This document shows, piece after piece, positions 47,151-60,450 of a DNA stretch of 64,000 nt. The stretch covers positions 74,841 through 138,840 of the forward strand of contig RHPI01002368.1 in the NCBI GenBank assembly GCA_009103225.1. Direction: 5' to 3'. The notes beneath the pieces are model-generated. The model had not been told where the DNA came from, made no database searches, and was given only the letters and a program-made list of their open reading frames with translations. This stretch comes from Chlorokybus atmophyticus. Taxonomy: Eukaryota > Plantae > Mesostigma and Chlorokybus algae. Numbering within the stretch: position 1 is the stretch's first letter; every line of letters starts with the position of its first letter. The position numbers were made by a program, and so were the translations under genes.

Positions 47151-47749
47151 TACAACAACAGCGGCGGCATGCATGCGGTACGCAGGGTTCGCCGGCGGCG
47201 AGGCATAGAGGGGAGTGGTTGAATAGGCGTAGACAGTGAGGTTGCGCGGGTCTCGGAGAGCAAGGGAGAGAACAGCCAGCGGGGGGAGCAGCGAGGCATA
47301 AAGAACAGTCCCATCACAAGCCATGCATGGCATGCAATGTAGTATCGATAAACATGCTGGGTCTGCTGGCGGCAGCGGGAGTGGCGGTGAGAGGCATAGA
47401 GAATTATGCGGAGAGAGGACAGGTGGAAGACACTGGTGGGTAGCGTGTTGATTGCTCTGGTGTTGTCATTTTGAGTATGTTTTTGCTATGCTAGTATACT
47501 AGTACATGACTATTACTGCTGACTGTGGCATATTACTATGCTGCACAGCATAATCAGTGACATTATGCAAATGTATATGCACCCGCAAGCATGCTGCTGA
47601 ATGTGCGCACGCACAAGCGCACACACATGCTTATGCGTGCACAAGCGCACGCACACAGGTGCTGGCCGTGATCAACTCAGGGGTTAAACATGTTTGGCAT
47701 GTACTGGTGTGTGGCAAAACATAAGACTGTACATGTATGTTGCCAGGTT

Positions 47750-48688
47750 ACTGGATGAAGTGAACAGATTGCGTCAACAGAGTCAAGTCAAGCAGCGCGG
47801 TAGGCACGGCAAGCACATGCGCAATGGGTCGGAAAAGGATGATGTTGATGCTGCCACGATGTTGCAACAACAGTCGGATCTCTTGCACAAGTATAGCCAC
47901 AAGGCCCGTGCCATGTTCTTGGGTTGCCCGGCTGAGTGCAGCGCGTACTCACACATGACAGTTGAGGGCAAGCACTACATGGACAGCACAGAAGGACAAA
48001 GACAAGGTGACTTTTGACTGTGGTGTGGAGGCGGGTTTTCAATGCGAGTATGTGAGTCGCCGCAGTGATAACCATCCTGTTCGAGCGATCCTACCTTTTT
48101 GGGGCGTTTTGCTCAACATATTCCACATTGACTATCTCGGAGCTGAGGTGAGCAGTGTTGCATGTAACTTCCAACCTTCACGCACATGGTACTTTGTGTT
48201 GAGGTGCGTTATTAATGCAGCTGTTACTTTGCCGCGTGAAGTGGTTCAAGAAGCAATCTGAAAACCAACAACCCTCAGTCACAGACACGGGGAGGTTCTG
48301 GGTGCATCGAAACCAGTTTTTCAAGGAGAAAGAGGAGCCCTACATTGAGGCGGATCGCCTCACAGGGCAAGTGTTCTTTGCCATGCCGACTGTGGCAGAC
48401 TGTGACAGGCTGATAGTGCTTGAGAAGGAGGTGGCCACGAGAGTGGCATCCCTCAAGTCGGTGAGGCCTCGCATGGAGGATCCACCTCCTCCTGCTGATG
48501 CGGAGGAGAGGCGCTCTTCAATGTCTGCTTGCGCACGTGATGAACTACTGCGACAAGCGCGTGAAGCCTTCAAGGTGGGAGATGCAGCAGCTGTCGGCGA
48601 AGGTGAAGAAGAGATGGAGGAGGACAGCGACACAGGTACATGGTTGAACGCCATGACTGGTTGGTTGTACAACCAATTACACACATGA
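47750..48688 (+). pseudogene. C-terminal (DUF4216-like) remnant of a CACTA transposase; DDE core absent
   Basis: FWGVLLNIFHIDY and LLCRVKWFK..EEPYIEAD..QVFF; no Transposase_21 motifs upstream within the element. Confidence 0.65.
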
Positions 48689-50204
48689 ATGTTCTGTGCA
48701 TTCACACAAGTCATTGACACGCTTGACTAGTCACAAGAGCGCACAGGCAAACTAACTGTCCGCTAATTAGGTGACGAACTTGACGACGACAGCAACTGAG
48801 TGGAGTCGTGTGGGATGGTGTTGGTAGCGCTGTTAGTACATGCAGCGCATTGCGACAAGATACTGTCAACAGCAGGCCAGTTGATAGCAACAGCAAGGGC
48901 AAGGACAACACGTGTACTTGCAATCGAGCATCAACGAGTGATTGATCATTGTTTATTATGGGCCTTGTGCTGAAATTCACGCGCTATGTATGCGCTTAAT
49001 TCGCAATCACAACTTGCATTCAGTTGCTAGTTGTTAACAACTTACATTCAAACGTTTGTGCATCGAATATTCAGCTGCGCAGCTGAATGTGACTACCAAA
49101 AGTCTGATCTGAGTCAAGGCCAGGTGACAAGGTCAGTCCCTAGCAACTCAAGTTCAGCTGCGCCTTCAGTCGTTAATGTCTGACTGCTACCAATGTGCTG
49201 CAATTCAGTTCCGTGACAACTGAATGTCAGCTGCACACAGCTGAAATTCTAACGTCTGAAACAGGCAATATTTTTGTAGTGTGAGCGGGGCAGCTTAGTT
49301 AACCTTAACGTTATGTAAGTGGTGGTCGTCATTCGTACGGGCTTGTCTCGTGAGTTAATTTGCTTCGTCTTACACGCTGCTGAAAGCGTCCTTGATTGTC
49401 AGCATGTAATGACATGCGGACATTTGTATCCATGAGCAGATCTCTTGCAGAAAATAATCTTTCCGGACCTTTGCCGAGCACCTCGAGCAACCTGGCCAAT
49501 CTTTACATCTTGTAAGTTGCAACTTTGCTCAACCCGGCGGTTTCTTGCAAAAGTTGTGTCATTGCCAATTGCGGCAGCCGGCGTGATGCATCTGCAACTC
49601 TTGCTCTTGTACTCTTGCTCTTGCTCTTGACTTCGTTGATACTAATATTGGCTCACCCTGCCCATCATCACCCTCTCCGCCTCCTCCACCATCGCCTCCT
49701 CCTTCACCTCCTCAATCAGTTTGCAACAAACAGCCAGCGGCAGGGCAATGGAAGTGCGGGGGCAAACACAACAACCGCTCTCTCACTTTCATATGCGGTT
49801 TGAAAAGAGGTTCGAGCGCCGCCTGCAGCTGCAAGTGCCAGCGCACAGACCATTGCCAGTTCAGTTGGTGTTTCAATGAAAGACAGCGCGCCTGCAACTT
49901 GTACGCGTAGGCTGATGCGCCCGATTGCCTCGCTTATGATGGCAACCTCCGCGCGAGGAAGTCTGAGTGGGTGTCCGGCAACCTGTGCAACTAAAGCTTC
50001 TTTCGAAACAGTACTAGTTGCGCCACAAATAGGGTGGCGTGATAGCTTGTAGCGTTGACTCCACCCGTATACTGCCCTTCCTTGAACTGCTCTCTTGCGG
50101 TTTGTTGTGGTTATAGTTACAATGCTGGTCACACTCATTACAAGGCTTGCCAAAGCTGCCAGTGGACAGCTGATCCCACCATGCTACGTATTGGCAGTCT
50201 CAAC

Positions 50205-50770
50205 TATGGTTGCGCTCTCCCGCCCCCCCGCTCCCGCCCCCCCGCTCCCGCCCCCCCGCTCTCGCCCCCCCGCTCTCGNNNNNNNNNNNNNNNNNNNNNN
50301 NNNNNNNNNNNNNNNNNNNNNNNNNNNNNNNNNNNNNNNNNNNNNNNNNNNNNNNNNNNNNNNNNNNNNNNNNNNNNNNNNNNNNNNNNNNNNNNNNNNN
50401 NNNNNNNNNNNNNNNNNNNNNNNNNNNNNNNNNNNNNNNNNNNNNNNNNNNNNNNNNNNNNNNNNNNNNNNNNNNNNNNNNNNNNNNNNNNNNNNNNNNN
50501 NNNNNNNNNNNNNNNNNNNNNNNNNNNNNNNNNNNNNNNNNNNNNNNNNNNNNNNNNNNNNNNNNNNNNNNNNNNNNNNNNNNNNNNNNNNNNNNNNNNN
50601 NNNNNNNNNNNNNNNNNNNNNNNNNNNNNNNNNNNNNNNNNNNNNNNNNNNNNNNNNNNNNNNNNNNNNNNNNNNNNNNNNNNNCTCTCGCTCTCTCTCT
50701 CTCGCTCGCTCTCTCTCTCTCGCTCTCTCTCTCTCTCTCGCTCTCTCGGTGGGTGGGTGGGTGGGTGGGC
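50205..50770. repeat. C-rich/CT low-complexity repeats flanking an assembly gap (N 50279-50684)
   Basis: Directly visible. Confidence 0.97.
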
Positions 50771-52769
50771 GTGTGTGGGCGTGTGCATGTGTGCGCTAAG
50801 CCCTTCCAAAGTAGGTGCCAAAACTTGAGTGCCAAAGCACTTCAAGTGCTTGTGTGTGTAACTTTCAAGTCGAAAGATACACACAAAGTATATTGATCGT
50901 TCCGATTGCTTGAGAAGGTAGTAAGCAATGTCAGATGCGTGTGCTGCAGAAGTGTAACTTAAAGCTTGTGAGAGTATGCGTTTAAGAGTGAAGGAGTGGG
51001 CGAGTTTGGTGTGTGCGTGCTAAGCACTCACAGCCAACGCAATGCATGCACAATCAGTCGCAGTTTCATGTACAGCGATAACTACAGATTCAGTCAAGTT
51101 GCAATTTGACCATGTGTACGCTAGCGTTGAAGCCATCAGTACGTCCGTACAGCAGAGCCAAAGGACTCCGGCGTCCTTTGGCTCTACTGGATCCCCCCAC
51201 TGTTGTGTGTATGCTTGCGCGTCATGCTGGTCATGGGCATGTGGTTGTCTAAAGCTATGTACAAGCAAGCTTGCAGGTGCGTGTGCGGTTGGGTATGTGC
51301 GTGCGCGCATGCGCTTGTGCATGAGTGTACATGCGTACCTACGCATGTCTGCGTGTGTGCGCAGACACGTGCGCTCCCAAGTCAGTGTGCACTTGCGCAC
51401 GCACATGCATTATCGATTGCTGGTGCTCGCACAGGACTGTATTCAAGGTCTACAAACCGATCTGTTTACCAAGGAGCCCAGCGCATTTTGCGTCTGCTGC
51501 CGTGTTTTTGCGGTAGTCCAAAAGTCCAGCATGTTTGTGCACTTGGTGCATGCAGATAGGAAAGCTAACGAAAGCAGAGAGCGGTTAGGTATGCAGCTCC
51601 AAGGGCTGGCCCGATTTGTGTGCAGTACTCAGGGTCGTCCCCGTACACAACTCTTCTGCTGGCCAGCAGCGCCGCCACAACGTGCGGGAGTATGCAAGGA
51701 GCGGTTGAGGTGAGGAAGAGAATAGGATGTGAGGCAGGACTCGGAGGGTGTATGCGTGTACATGGGTGTGCGTGTGAATGTGGTCGAGCGACATCATCGA
51801 TGTTGATGTCAGTGCTCTGGCTGCTCTTCAGCATGTCACGAGTCACCACGCGTCTCCTCATGCTCTCCTCCCCTTCTCTGTACTGTCTGCGAGTCTCATT
51901 TAGCAGCCGATAGTAAGTGCGATTGCGAAGGCACCTCCTCATCACCACTATCATCAACCGATTGCAAGCCTGGGTTGGTGCACGTGGTGTTCGTGGTTGG
52001 GTGGAGGTGCGTGTGGTTAGTCAAGGCGTCCGCATGCATGTGCCCGCAGATCGCACATGAGTGCGGGACAAGCCTTTCGTGTACGCAAACAGAGACACAC
52101 ACCCGCGCACCCATGCATGCATGCACGCATGCGCACACTCACGCATGCATGACGTAATGTGCAGGCACTGCATGTGCCATAGCGATTGACTAATGAGTAC
52201 ACCTCACTGTTGGTCAACAGTTACGCTCAAGTCGCGTCCTCAACTGTCACTTTCGCTTCTCTTCCTGCACCTAGCGGTCGTCGCTCTCCCTCCAAGTCGC
52301 TCCTGCTCTGTGGAGGAGGAGGAGGAGGAGGAGGAGGAACGTCCTTAATGTTGTGTTGCGTGTACTTGTGGGCGTGTGCCACATGCCTGCCCAGCACTGG
52401 GTCAGGCATGCGGCACACCCACTTAAATCAGCGGTACCTGCGTGCACTCAGTACTTGGCTGCGTTGCATCAACACTACGCAGAGCAACAGTGGCTGCAGT
52501 TGGGGAAGGGGCGTGTTTCATCCCTCATACTGGTTTGCGCATCTACTGCACCCCATAAAGCATAGCATGTGTACAGAAAATGCGCAACACGTATGCACAT
52601 GCACGACACATGAAATGGACCAAGCATCATGTCCACATGCAGTCAACACCGTTCATGTAGACCACCGGGCTACTATCATATAGTTATAGTTAACTTCACT
52701 ACCTACTCTACCAACACCCCGTTAGCCATAGCAGTCAGTACATGTATGTAGTACCTGGCCACATGGGCT

Positions 52770-52920
52770 TTGTGCGCTCAGCATTAATGTTAGATCCAAG
52801 TTCAGTGATAAGCACACGCAAGGTTGCGTGTCCATGAGGTGATTGCGAATACGGGCAGCAGCACCAATCATGTTGCAAAAGACTCAGGGCAGTGGTGCCG
52901 TCAGCGTTTTCTGTCCTTTT
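52770..52920 (-). pseudogene. Ankyrin-repeat-like fragment
   Basis: ADGTTALSL...HGHATLRVLITELGSNINA fits G.TAL..A...GH...V..Ll..GA.iNA with an insertion. Confidence 0.4.
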
Positions 52921-53378
52921 ACAACAGGACAGAACAGCAGCAGCAGGGCGATTACCCCAGCCTAACTGAGTACCCTTGTTGCTCCGAGAGTTGATCTGAG
53001 AGACGCTCAGAAGCAAGAGGGTAACATAACGACAGCCACGGGCAGTTCGCGCGCACGCGCACAAAGAGGCATGCAGCGTTGGCAGCCATGACTTCAAGGG
53101 ACCAGCACTGGCAACCATCACAGAAGGTTCTCGTGCGCTTGGTGACGCGTGCCATAGCTCGCATGTTACGCAGCGCATACATTTAGACTGCAAAGCAGCT
53201 GGGGGGAAGCTGCTACCAAACTGCTAGTGAGTGTGACTAGCACTGCAACTTTTACTACGACACCACCTATAGGTGAAAGCTTGAACCTCTGTCAAAAGGG
53301 ACATACTTTGCGCATACACTAGTCAACTCTATCACAACCTCCATTGGCCCCATGTGCTGCGCAACTGTTTTGTGTGCT

Positions 53379-56014
53379 TTAGGTCACATGAACTGTGCGG
53401 CACAGTTTATCAGATACCCAGCCGGTCTAGGCGCGGAGGTTGCCGCCGTACGAAAGGCAGACAGGACGCTTGCAAGCCGAGGCATACAGGTTGCATGCAC
53501 GCATTGCCCCATTGAAAAGGACCAGTACTGGCAACGGGCTGTGCTTTGACAAGAATCGCAGCAAGCCTCCGCGCTTGCGACGCACGGGCCTCCAGTCAGG
53601 TGGCGAAGGAGACGAAGAGTGTGCTTGCTTCCGCTCCAACGCTTCCATATCCCGTCAGCTGGCTGCCTGTTGCAGACTGACAGGGGAGGGGGAGGAGGCG
53701 GTGGGGGTGATGGAGAAGGAGAAGAAGGGGGAGGACTCGGGGATGGAGGAGGTGGGGAGGGAGGGGAAGGAGGGGGAGGACTCGGGAATGGAGGAGGTGG
53801 GGAAGGAGTGGAAGGAGTGGAAGGAGTGGGAGGACTCGGGGATGGAGGAGGTGGGAAAGGAGTGGAAGGAGGGAGAGGACTCGGGGATGGAGGAGGTGGG
53901 GAAGGGAGGGGAAGGAGGAGGAGGACTCGGGGATGGAGGAGGGGGTGGTGGAGGCGGAGGGGATGGTGGAGGTGGAGGGGGCGATGGGCAGGGGCTGCCA
54001 ATGCTGGTCTCTCTGTAATCAATTTATGCTAATGGATCAACCTCGGGAAAGACACCACAAAGCTTGGCGTTGCCACGTACATCGCTGCGCGCGATGCAAG
54101 ATGTCATTGAAGATGCAGGCAGTAGCAAGAGTCGCACATGCATCACGCGGACGACTGCTGCAACACAACATGTTGGCTAAGCAAACGTCACGACTTACAA
54201 GAAACGTAGGAAGTCCCAGTTGTCCAATGAGGGCGGCAAAGGTGAGCACGGCGGGCCGTATACAACAAACCTGTTTACAAACGTAAGTTGGCTGATAATT
54301 TGGCTATTGCCTAGTCGGTAGAAGGTGGTCTTAAGAACTAGACCAATATACTCTTATCATTACTTGAAGGGTAAGACACCCGTGCCCTTGACCACCATCA
54401 CTTACCACTGGTCAATGTCAACCCAGTCGACATTTAAGTATCCTTCGATATCTTCTGAAAGAATTTGTTGAATTCCACATATCCGCACACCAAGCGTATG
54501 TATCAGACATCTCTTGTGTCACAAAAAGCAACACATATTATGTTAGCAGAAATGAGGGCAAGCACAACAGATGCATCATGTCATGGTATTCATACCCATA
54601 TCATGATAACGTGCATAGCTTGCAACTTACGCGTCTTGTAAGTTAACGAAATTATCCCCATGTTGGCGGCAGCGGCCCCTCAAGCTGGTTATTCCGAAGA
54701 GCTCTGCATGTGTGCATGCTTGTTAGCGTCAACTTGGGCACTACAATGACTTGGCCAAGGGATGGACAGAAGCAGTTGACCAACTCCATATGCAAAGGGT
54801 AACACATACATAACCCCCACCATGCACTTACAGTACTCCTAGGCTCGGTAAGCTACTCCACTCCAGCGGTATTGCTCCAGAAAAGTCGTTTCCAGAGAAA
54901 ATCTACACTTACATGCAAATAGGTAACATTAAACATTGGACTTTAGCTATGCATTGCGGTCATGACAACTATACCAATGTAAATGTGACAATGTGCGTAG
55001 GCAAAGCTACATGCAAAGGATACTGGTATCTTTAACGGCCTTTCCCATTACAGCTAGCAAAAACTTACATGGCAAGCAAGCTGGCGAGACCACCTAGCTC
55101 GGGTAACACTCCAGTAAAGTGATTGCCTACAAGGTCTCTGCGCAACGCAACATAGCTGTAGTTGAGGGTTTGCATGAGGGCTGACCCCGACCCGAAGATA
55201 AGCATGCGCAGCCTCTAGCATGTGGCAAGTCTATTGCACAGCACGGTTGGTACATATTTGCAGTATACTCACATGTGTTGTAGGTTGATGAGATCGTTGA
55301 GTGCGTTCAAGGGCTTGTTGTTGTAGAGGTTCTTCCCATGTAACAACCTGAGTGACATGCATTGACGCCGTATGGCGTCAGGACTCTGAGTGACTCGAAT
55401 TGGGAACAAGGGCAGGTGGGTACTTGAGCAAAAGTGTTGTCGTGCTTCTTGTAGCGCACGTGTTTCACACTCACAGGTCAGTAATGTTTCCGCTCGTGCA
55501 ACCAATCTCAGGCAGGTTGCAGACGCTGTAGCCTGCCATATCAGAAGGCCAGCCGGGGATCCCCTGCACCTCGTTGCCATTGCCATCTATGTAGTATATG
55601 GCCTCCTGCAGCGACTGGAGAGCAGCGGCTGCCAATGGTGCGATAAGAGCGAGTCAATGCGAGCATGAATGCACGCCCCTGTGTCTCTCAGACCATGCAA
55701 AGGCTTTTGCTGTACGCAAGCAGCTAAGCTGTGGCATATCGCTTGCTAAACTACTACTTACATTCCTGGTCGGATGCAGCAAACGCCTGAGGGGCTGCGT
55801 GCAGACAAAGACATAAGCGTAGGCACGATTACAAGCCTCTTGCAAGAACCTTGAAATAAAAAGCAGCTCTTGCAACTGGCGAAGGCAGGAGATATGCATA
55901 CAGTTTACTTGCCGTCGGCTACATGCAAGCGCTCAAACGCAGCTCCGTCCTACCTGAGCCCAACAGCAGCAGTGGCAGCAGCACAGACAGCCGCCAGGCC
56001 GGCGCCAATATCAT
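53379..56014 (-). pseudogene. Secreted LRR + Ser/Pro-rich + PAN-like protein, copy 2 (inverted paralogue of 42907-49994)
   Basis: MILAPAWRLSVLLPLLLLGS; GIPGWPSDMAGYSVCNLPEI; LRR exons DLVGNHFTGVLPELGGLASL, DFSGNDFSGAIPLEWSSLPSL, NNQLEGPLPPTW; SPPPP tract; CCDSCQSTARCQYWSF; frameshift and TAG near the 3' end. Confidence 0.85.
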
Positions 56015-57014
56015 GCTTGGTGATGCCGTCCGACAAGCCACCATACATAGAAAAGAAAGGATGTCTCTGCAGCCTGAGCGCTGCAGCCGCACCATACGCT
56101 GCGCCTTAAGCGCAATCTGTGAGCAGGCAGGCTGAGCCGCGAGGCTTGCGTGTCCGCTCAGCTGGCCGGCTGAAGTACGCTGACGGGTCACGCAAGTCTG
56201 GTGCTGATATGAATTATGAATTATGAACATAGTGTGTCGTGCCCGTTCGGAGAACTTCTCCACACCGGGGTCATTAGAGTGGCCTAGGGGTCCCAGACGT
56301 TCTCCAAAAATGTTTACGCGTTTCTCTCCGCCAACGGGAAAACATTAATGTTCTCGATCGGCCACTGCCAAAACTCTTGGCAACGTTCTTGCGCCGACGT
56401 CGGTGGCCCTTCCTCGCACAAGTTAACGCCGTTGGTCACTTAACTTCACGGACGAAAGCTGACCGCACCTATTAACTCGTTAGCCCTAACAACCATAAAT
56501 ATAAGTGTTTATGACGCTGAGTTTGTTAGCCTTGTGATTGGGTGTATCATCCAGCAGTATTGCATTCGCATACAAGTTGTGAACCACACTTTATGCACAA
56601 GTGCCGTATTCACGATGATAAAAGATGCACGCTATTGCCAGCATGCTTGGAAACTGTGCATAAAGCTGAAGGCATGTGCAATTATATATTGTCTTTATAA
56701 TCATTAATAAATGGATAGTGAGACATTCGCAAAATAGTTGTACATGAGTACATAGTTAGCTATATTACATAGCGGAGGAGGGGGACGGGTAGTTATAGTA
56801 TTATGCATATATATAAGCCTAAGCATTATACTTGTAACATATTACAGAAAAAACGTGCGAAATATGTGTGTATACATATATGAATGTGTATACACATTCA
56901 GTTACGTAACTTTACGTTATTACATATTATTGTAACGCATTAAAGTCGGTAGTTAAACTCAAAGCTTACTTGGGTTATTATATATATATACTGCATAAGC
57001 ACGCTCGATTACTT

Positions 57015-57051
<37 letters not shown>

Positions 57052-57118
57052 TGCATAAGCACGCTCATAACATGCCATGTTATGGTTGCATGCATACAAA
57101 TGTACCATGTTCAACGAN

Positions 57119-57220
57119 CATTGGCAGCCCCTGCCCATCGCCCCCTCCACCTCCACCATCCCCTCCGCCTCCACCACCCCCTCCTCCATCCCCGAGTCCT
57201 CCTCCTCCTTCCCCTCCTGG
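57119..57220 (+). repeat. About 100 bp inverted copy of 53906-54003 next to an N
   Basis: Exact reverse complement of the start of the Pro-rich exon. Confidence 0.85.
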
Positions 57221-57964
57221 GGTAAGGGGCTCTTACCTGCTCATTGAGTGAAAAACTTACATATGACCCCAACAAATTTATAAACATGAAGCTTAATCAG
57301 ATGTGCATTCCTACTCTACCACTTGCAACATGTGTGCGGGGCGTGAATAATTGTTAAGGGTTTCTTGCCATCCTATGTGGGAGGGAGTGTGCGAGTGGGT
57401 GTGCATATGAGTGTTGAGATTTAAAGGTGAGCGCGCGGTTGCCTTAAGGTTCATTTCTAAAATGATCAGTTACGAGGGTGTGATAATTTAATGTCTACAC
57501 TTATTGTAGCATGTTACGTGAAATTCACAACGATACATATAAACTACACCACGATGCGCGATAGGTCTAGCGTTGGGAATGATAATAATAATTTACCCTA
57601 CCTCTTATAATCCCGTGTTGTGAGTGTGCCACATACGTTGCATGCATGTATGTGACTAAAATAACATTGTGTGCAACTTGAATGTATATGTATAAGGCTT
57701 CTGAATTCATGTATCCCCTAAATGTCGGTTACTACAAATATACGATGGTTACGCAAATAAATGCATACTTGTTAATCGTATTCATTATTGATTGCAAGCT
57801 ACCACGTCGCAATATGTTTTCCCTGCCGGCCGACTAAATATTGGCAACGGCCGTGCACCTGACGACATTGATGTAGACTGTTGTGGCTCAGTCCACCTGT
57901 AATCTTAATACAGGGACTTAATAATAACTTCCGTTATTATTAGGCCCTTTTTGTTACAATTTAG

Positions 57965-58230
57965 TCTTTAACAGTTGACTATCATAATTAACAGGCGCCT
58001 GTTGGTTACCTATCAGGCCTTAACAGGTGACTTTGTATAATTTACAGGCACCTGTTAGTTACACATCAGGCCTTACTAGGTGACTACAACTAATCAACGG
58101 GCACTTGTAAGTTACACATCAGGCCTTAACAGGTGACTACACCTAATTAGCAGGCACTTGCAAATTACACATCAGTCTTACTTAGGTGACTCAGCCTATG
58201 TGACAGGCACCTGTAGGTTACACACCAGTC
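57965..58230. repeat. 53 bp tandem repeat, about 5 copies
   Basis: Units start at 57986, 58039, 58092, 58145 and 58198 (aatt.acaggcac.tg..agttacacatcaggccttaacaggtgact). Confidence 0.93.
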
Positions 58231-58687
58231 CAGCGCAGGCGATTAAGCTTAATTCACAAGCACCAACTAGGTAATTATCGACAAAATAAGGCATTCTTTA
58301 ACAACTGAAGGTGACGAATGCCTAACTGTCGTTATATGTATTTGCATAGCTTGACTACACGCGACTGTCACTGACTGCCAGCATTGTTATGTGCCTGTGC
58401 TGTGTACATGTACCTGAAATGTGTACAGTGTCTCTCAGTCACTTGCCAAGGCTTATAGTTCGATTATGTGACTCGAATGCAGTTTTGTTGTATATCATAG
58501 GGATGCAAGCATTGACATGCATGAGCATAATGACGATCGACTGAGCTGGTTTAAGATGCACAACACTTAGTCACAAGAGCCTTGTAGCTATGTACACTAC
58601 CAGCTGAATGGATTACCAACTGCGCTACAGCTTCTCTCCATCATCGCTTTGCTTGTCATCATGGAACAAAGCACCACGCGCTAGGGC

Positions 58688-60450
58688 CTATGGAGGAGAC
58701 GCCGGAGCTTGCTCTTCCTCCTCAAACGGTTGTGCCAGCCAATCAAATGCCGCTTCGACCTCAGCGAGCGGGTCACGAGCTGCTGTCTCTTGCGGCCGGC
58801 GCCGATTGGGATCTTTCAGGTATTTGACACAAGATGCAGTGCGGCGTTTCACAAGGGTGAATGGCTGGAGGGCTGCGTACCGTTGCCTCATCTCCCGTTT
58901 CATTGATATGATCATGGTGTTGATTTCGCTGAGGTACTCTTCATGTGTGTCTATGCTGGCAGCTAGGAGAAGGTCTCCATCCCTGCCCTTTAGGATGCGC
59001 TCCACCTGCGTAGTTTACATGCATGTCTTAGTGGCATCGAAAGCCACCATTCACTGCAACGCGTCTGCAAGCCTGTAGTTTGGGGCTACAGCATTCCTGA
59101 ATTGCTAATGATAGAGTTCAGAGTGCTTACCGTAAGCAACAGGTATGCGAGGTGGTCGACTGTCAGCTGCCGGCAACCAGGTGTAGTGTCGGCGTAAGAC
59201 CAGCAATGCACGATCATTTGCAAGATTATGGGATTGCCCCATTCATAAATGTATCTCCTCCGCTCCGGGTCTGCAGTGTCGGTCACCTCAGATTTCCGCC
59301 ATGACTTGTCTGCGACAGTCATACCAACAAGGCATTAGTCACGATATAGATAGTTCAAGTTGAGCCTGCACCAGGCTAGAATAGTGCCATTGACTTACTG
59401 TGGAGCGCGTTGCGCATCTGGGCTTTTTGGGTCTCGAGTTCCATTAGGGCGTCAATGTGCCTGATTGAATCGGTTACAATAGGCGAGATGAGTACGTGTG
59501 TATGGAGGCTGCGTAAGAAGGCAATGTTGCATAGCAGACATGGTGGTGAGGGACCCAACTCACTTGCGCTTGTTGCTGTTAAACAGTGTCCATGTGTACT
59601 CCTTCTCAAGGACATGCTTGATCTTGATGACGTTCTCAGACCGGACCTGCGTAGCTTTCTTCAAGGCGACACTCCAGTGGAAGGGGCACTCCTTGGGAGT
59701 CCGGTACACCTCATAGAACTTGGCCGCATCGGCCTCGTCGTCATGGTCGAAGCCAACTACTTGTCACGGGCAGGTTGGTCAGTGTCACGGTGCAGTGCGG
59801 TCATGAAGCATTCACAGCACCTGACACATGACGTTACGAATAGTGTCCTCCTTGGGATAAACGTGGCTCTCTACCCAGTGGCCATTTATGATTTCAACGA
59901 CGGCATCTTGCAAATGCTTTCTACAAAAGAACAATCTGTTACACACATACACACAGTGTCACAGTGTCACACAGTGCTTACCTTGTTGCCAATCTTCCAC
60001 GTGCTTGGGGAAGGGTTGCTGACGGCCGAGGTTGCCACGTCACGGCTAAATGCGTTTGGGTTGGGGGTTCCAATCGACCCTCTGCAAGCACAACCACATG
60101 AGCCATGCTGCCAGCCATTAAAGATGCAACCCTCACAATTGCGAAAGAAGAACGTGCACAGTGTATGCAGAACGCATGCAGTGAGTCACTGTGCTAGTCA
60201 TGAAAGAAGCAAGCATCCAAGTTAGAAGTTGAGCAAGAAGCAACGTGCACAGTGCATCAAGAACGCATGCAGTCTAGCTTGCCCTTGCGACTGCGGCGTC
60301 AGGTGGAGTTGTTGTGATGTGCTGGGCGTTAGCGCGGGGTCTTGCTGCGATTGGTTGGCGACGGTTGCCTGGTTGAACACTGGGGGCAATGTGGACAACA
60401 AGCGCCGACCTCCACGACGAGGTGCACCTACGGATGGACCACAAGGCATC
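58688..60450 (-). CDS. Unassigned multi-exon gene
   Basis: Protein-like exons with GT-AG borders: KHLQDAVVEIINGHWVESHVYPKEDTIRNVMCQ / VVGFDHDDEADAAKFYEVYRTPKECPFHWSVALKKATQVRSENVIKIKHVLEKEY / RRYIYEWGNPIILQMIVHCW..TVDHLAYLL / MERILKGRDG..; no family recognised. Confidence 0.5.

Larger units (their letters stand above)
44027..49281. mobile_element. Non-autonomous canonical CACTA element, 5255 bp
   Basis: Termini CACTACAAAA...TTTTGTAGTG with further shared TTCAGACGTT and TCAGCTG; TSD TGA (44024-44026, 49282-49284); removing it restores the LRR exon reading IPSERGSLVNLNV. Confidence 0.96.
42907..49994 (+). pseudogene. Secreted LRR + Ser/Pro-rich + Cys-rich PAN-like protein, copy 1, disrupted by a CACTA insertion
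   Basis: MTMSPAWRLSLLLLLLLLLGS signal; GIPGWPSNLTGYDVCTLPEI cap; one-LRR exons LSYNAFS, ETNQFFGAIPS/ERGSLVNLNV, SLAENNLSGPLPSTSSNLANL; PPSPPPSPP; CKCQRTDHCQFSWCF..RACNLY; internal stops. Confidence 0.85.

Noticed and set aside
50055-50896. Long ORFs of more than 200 aa around 50.2-50.9 kb
   Set aside because: Artefacts of translating through the N gap and microsatellites
59410-60225. 271 aa plus-strand ORF
   Set aside because: Antisense shadow of the spliced minus-strand gene
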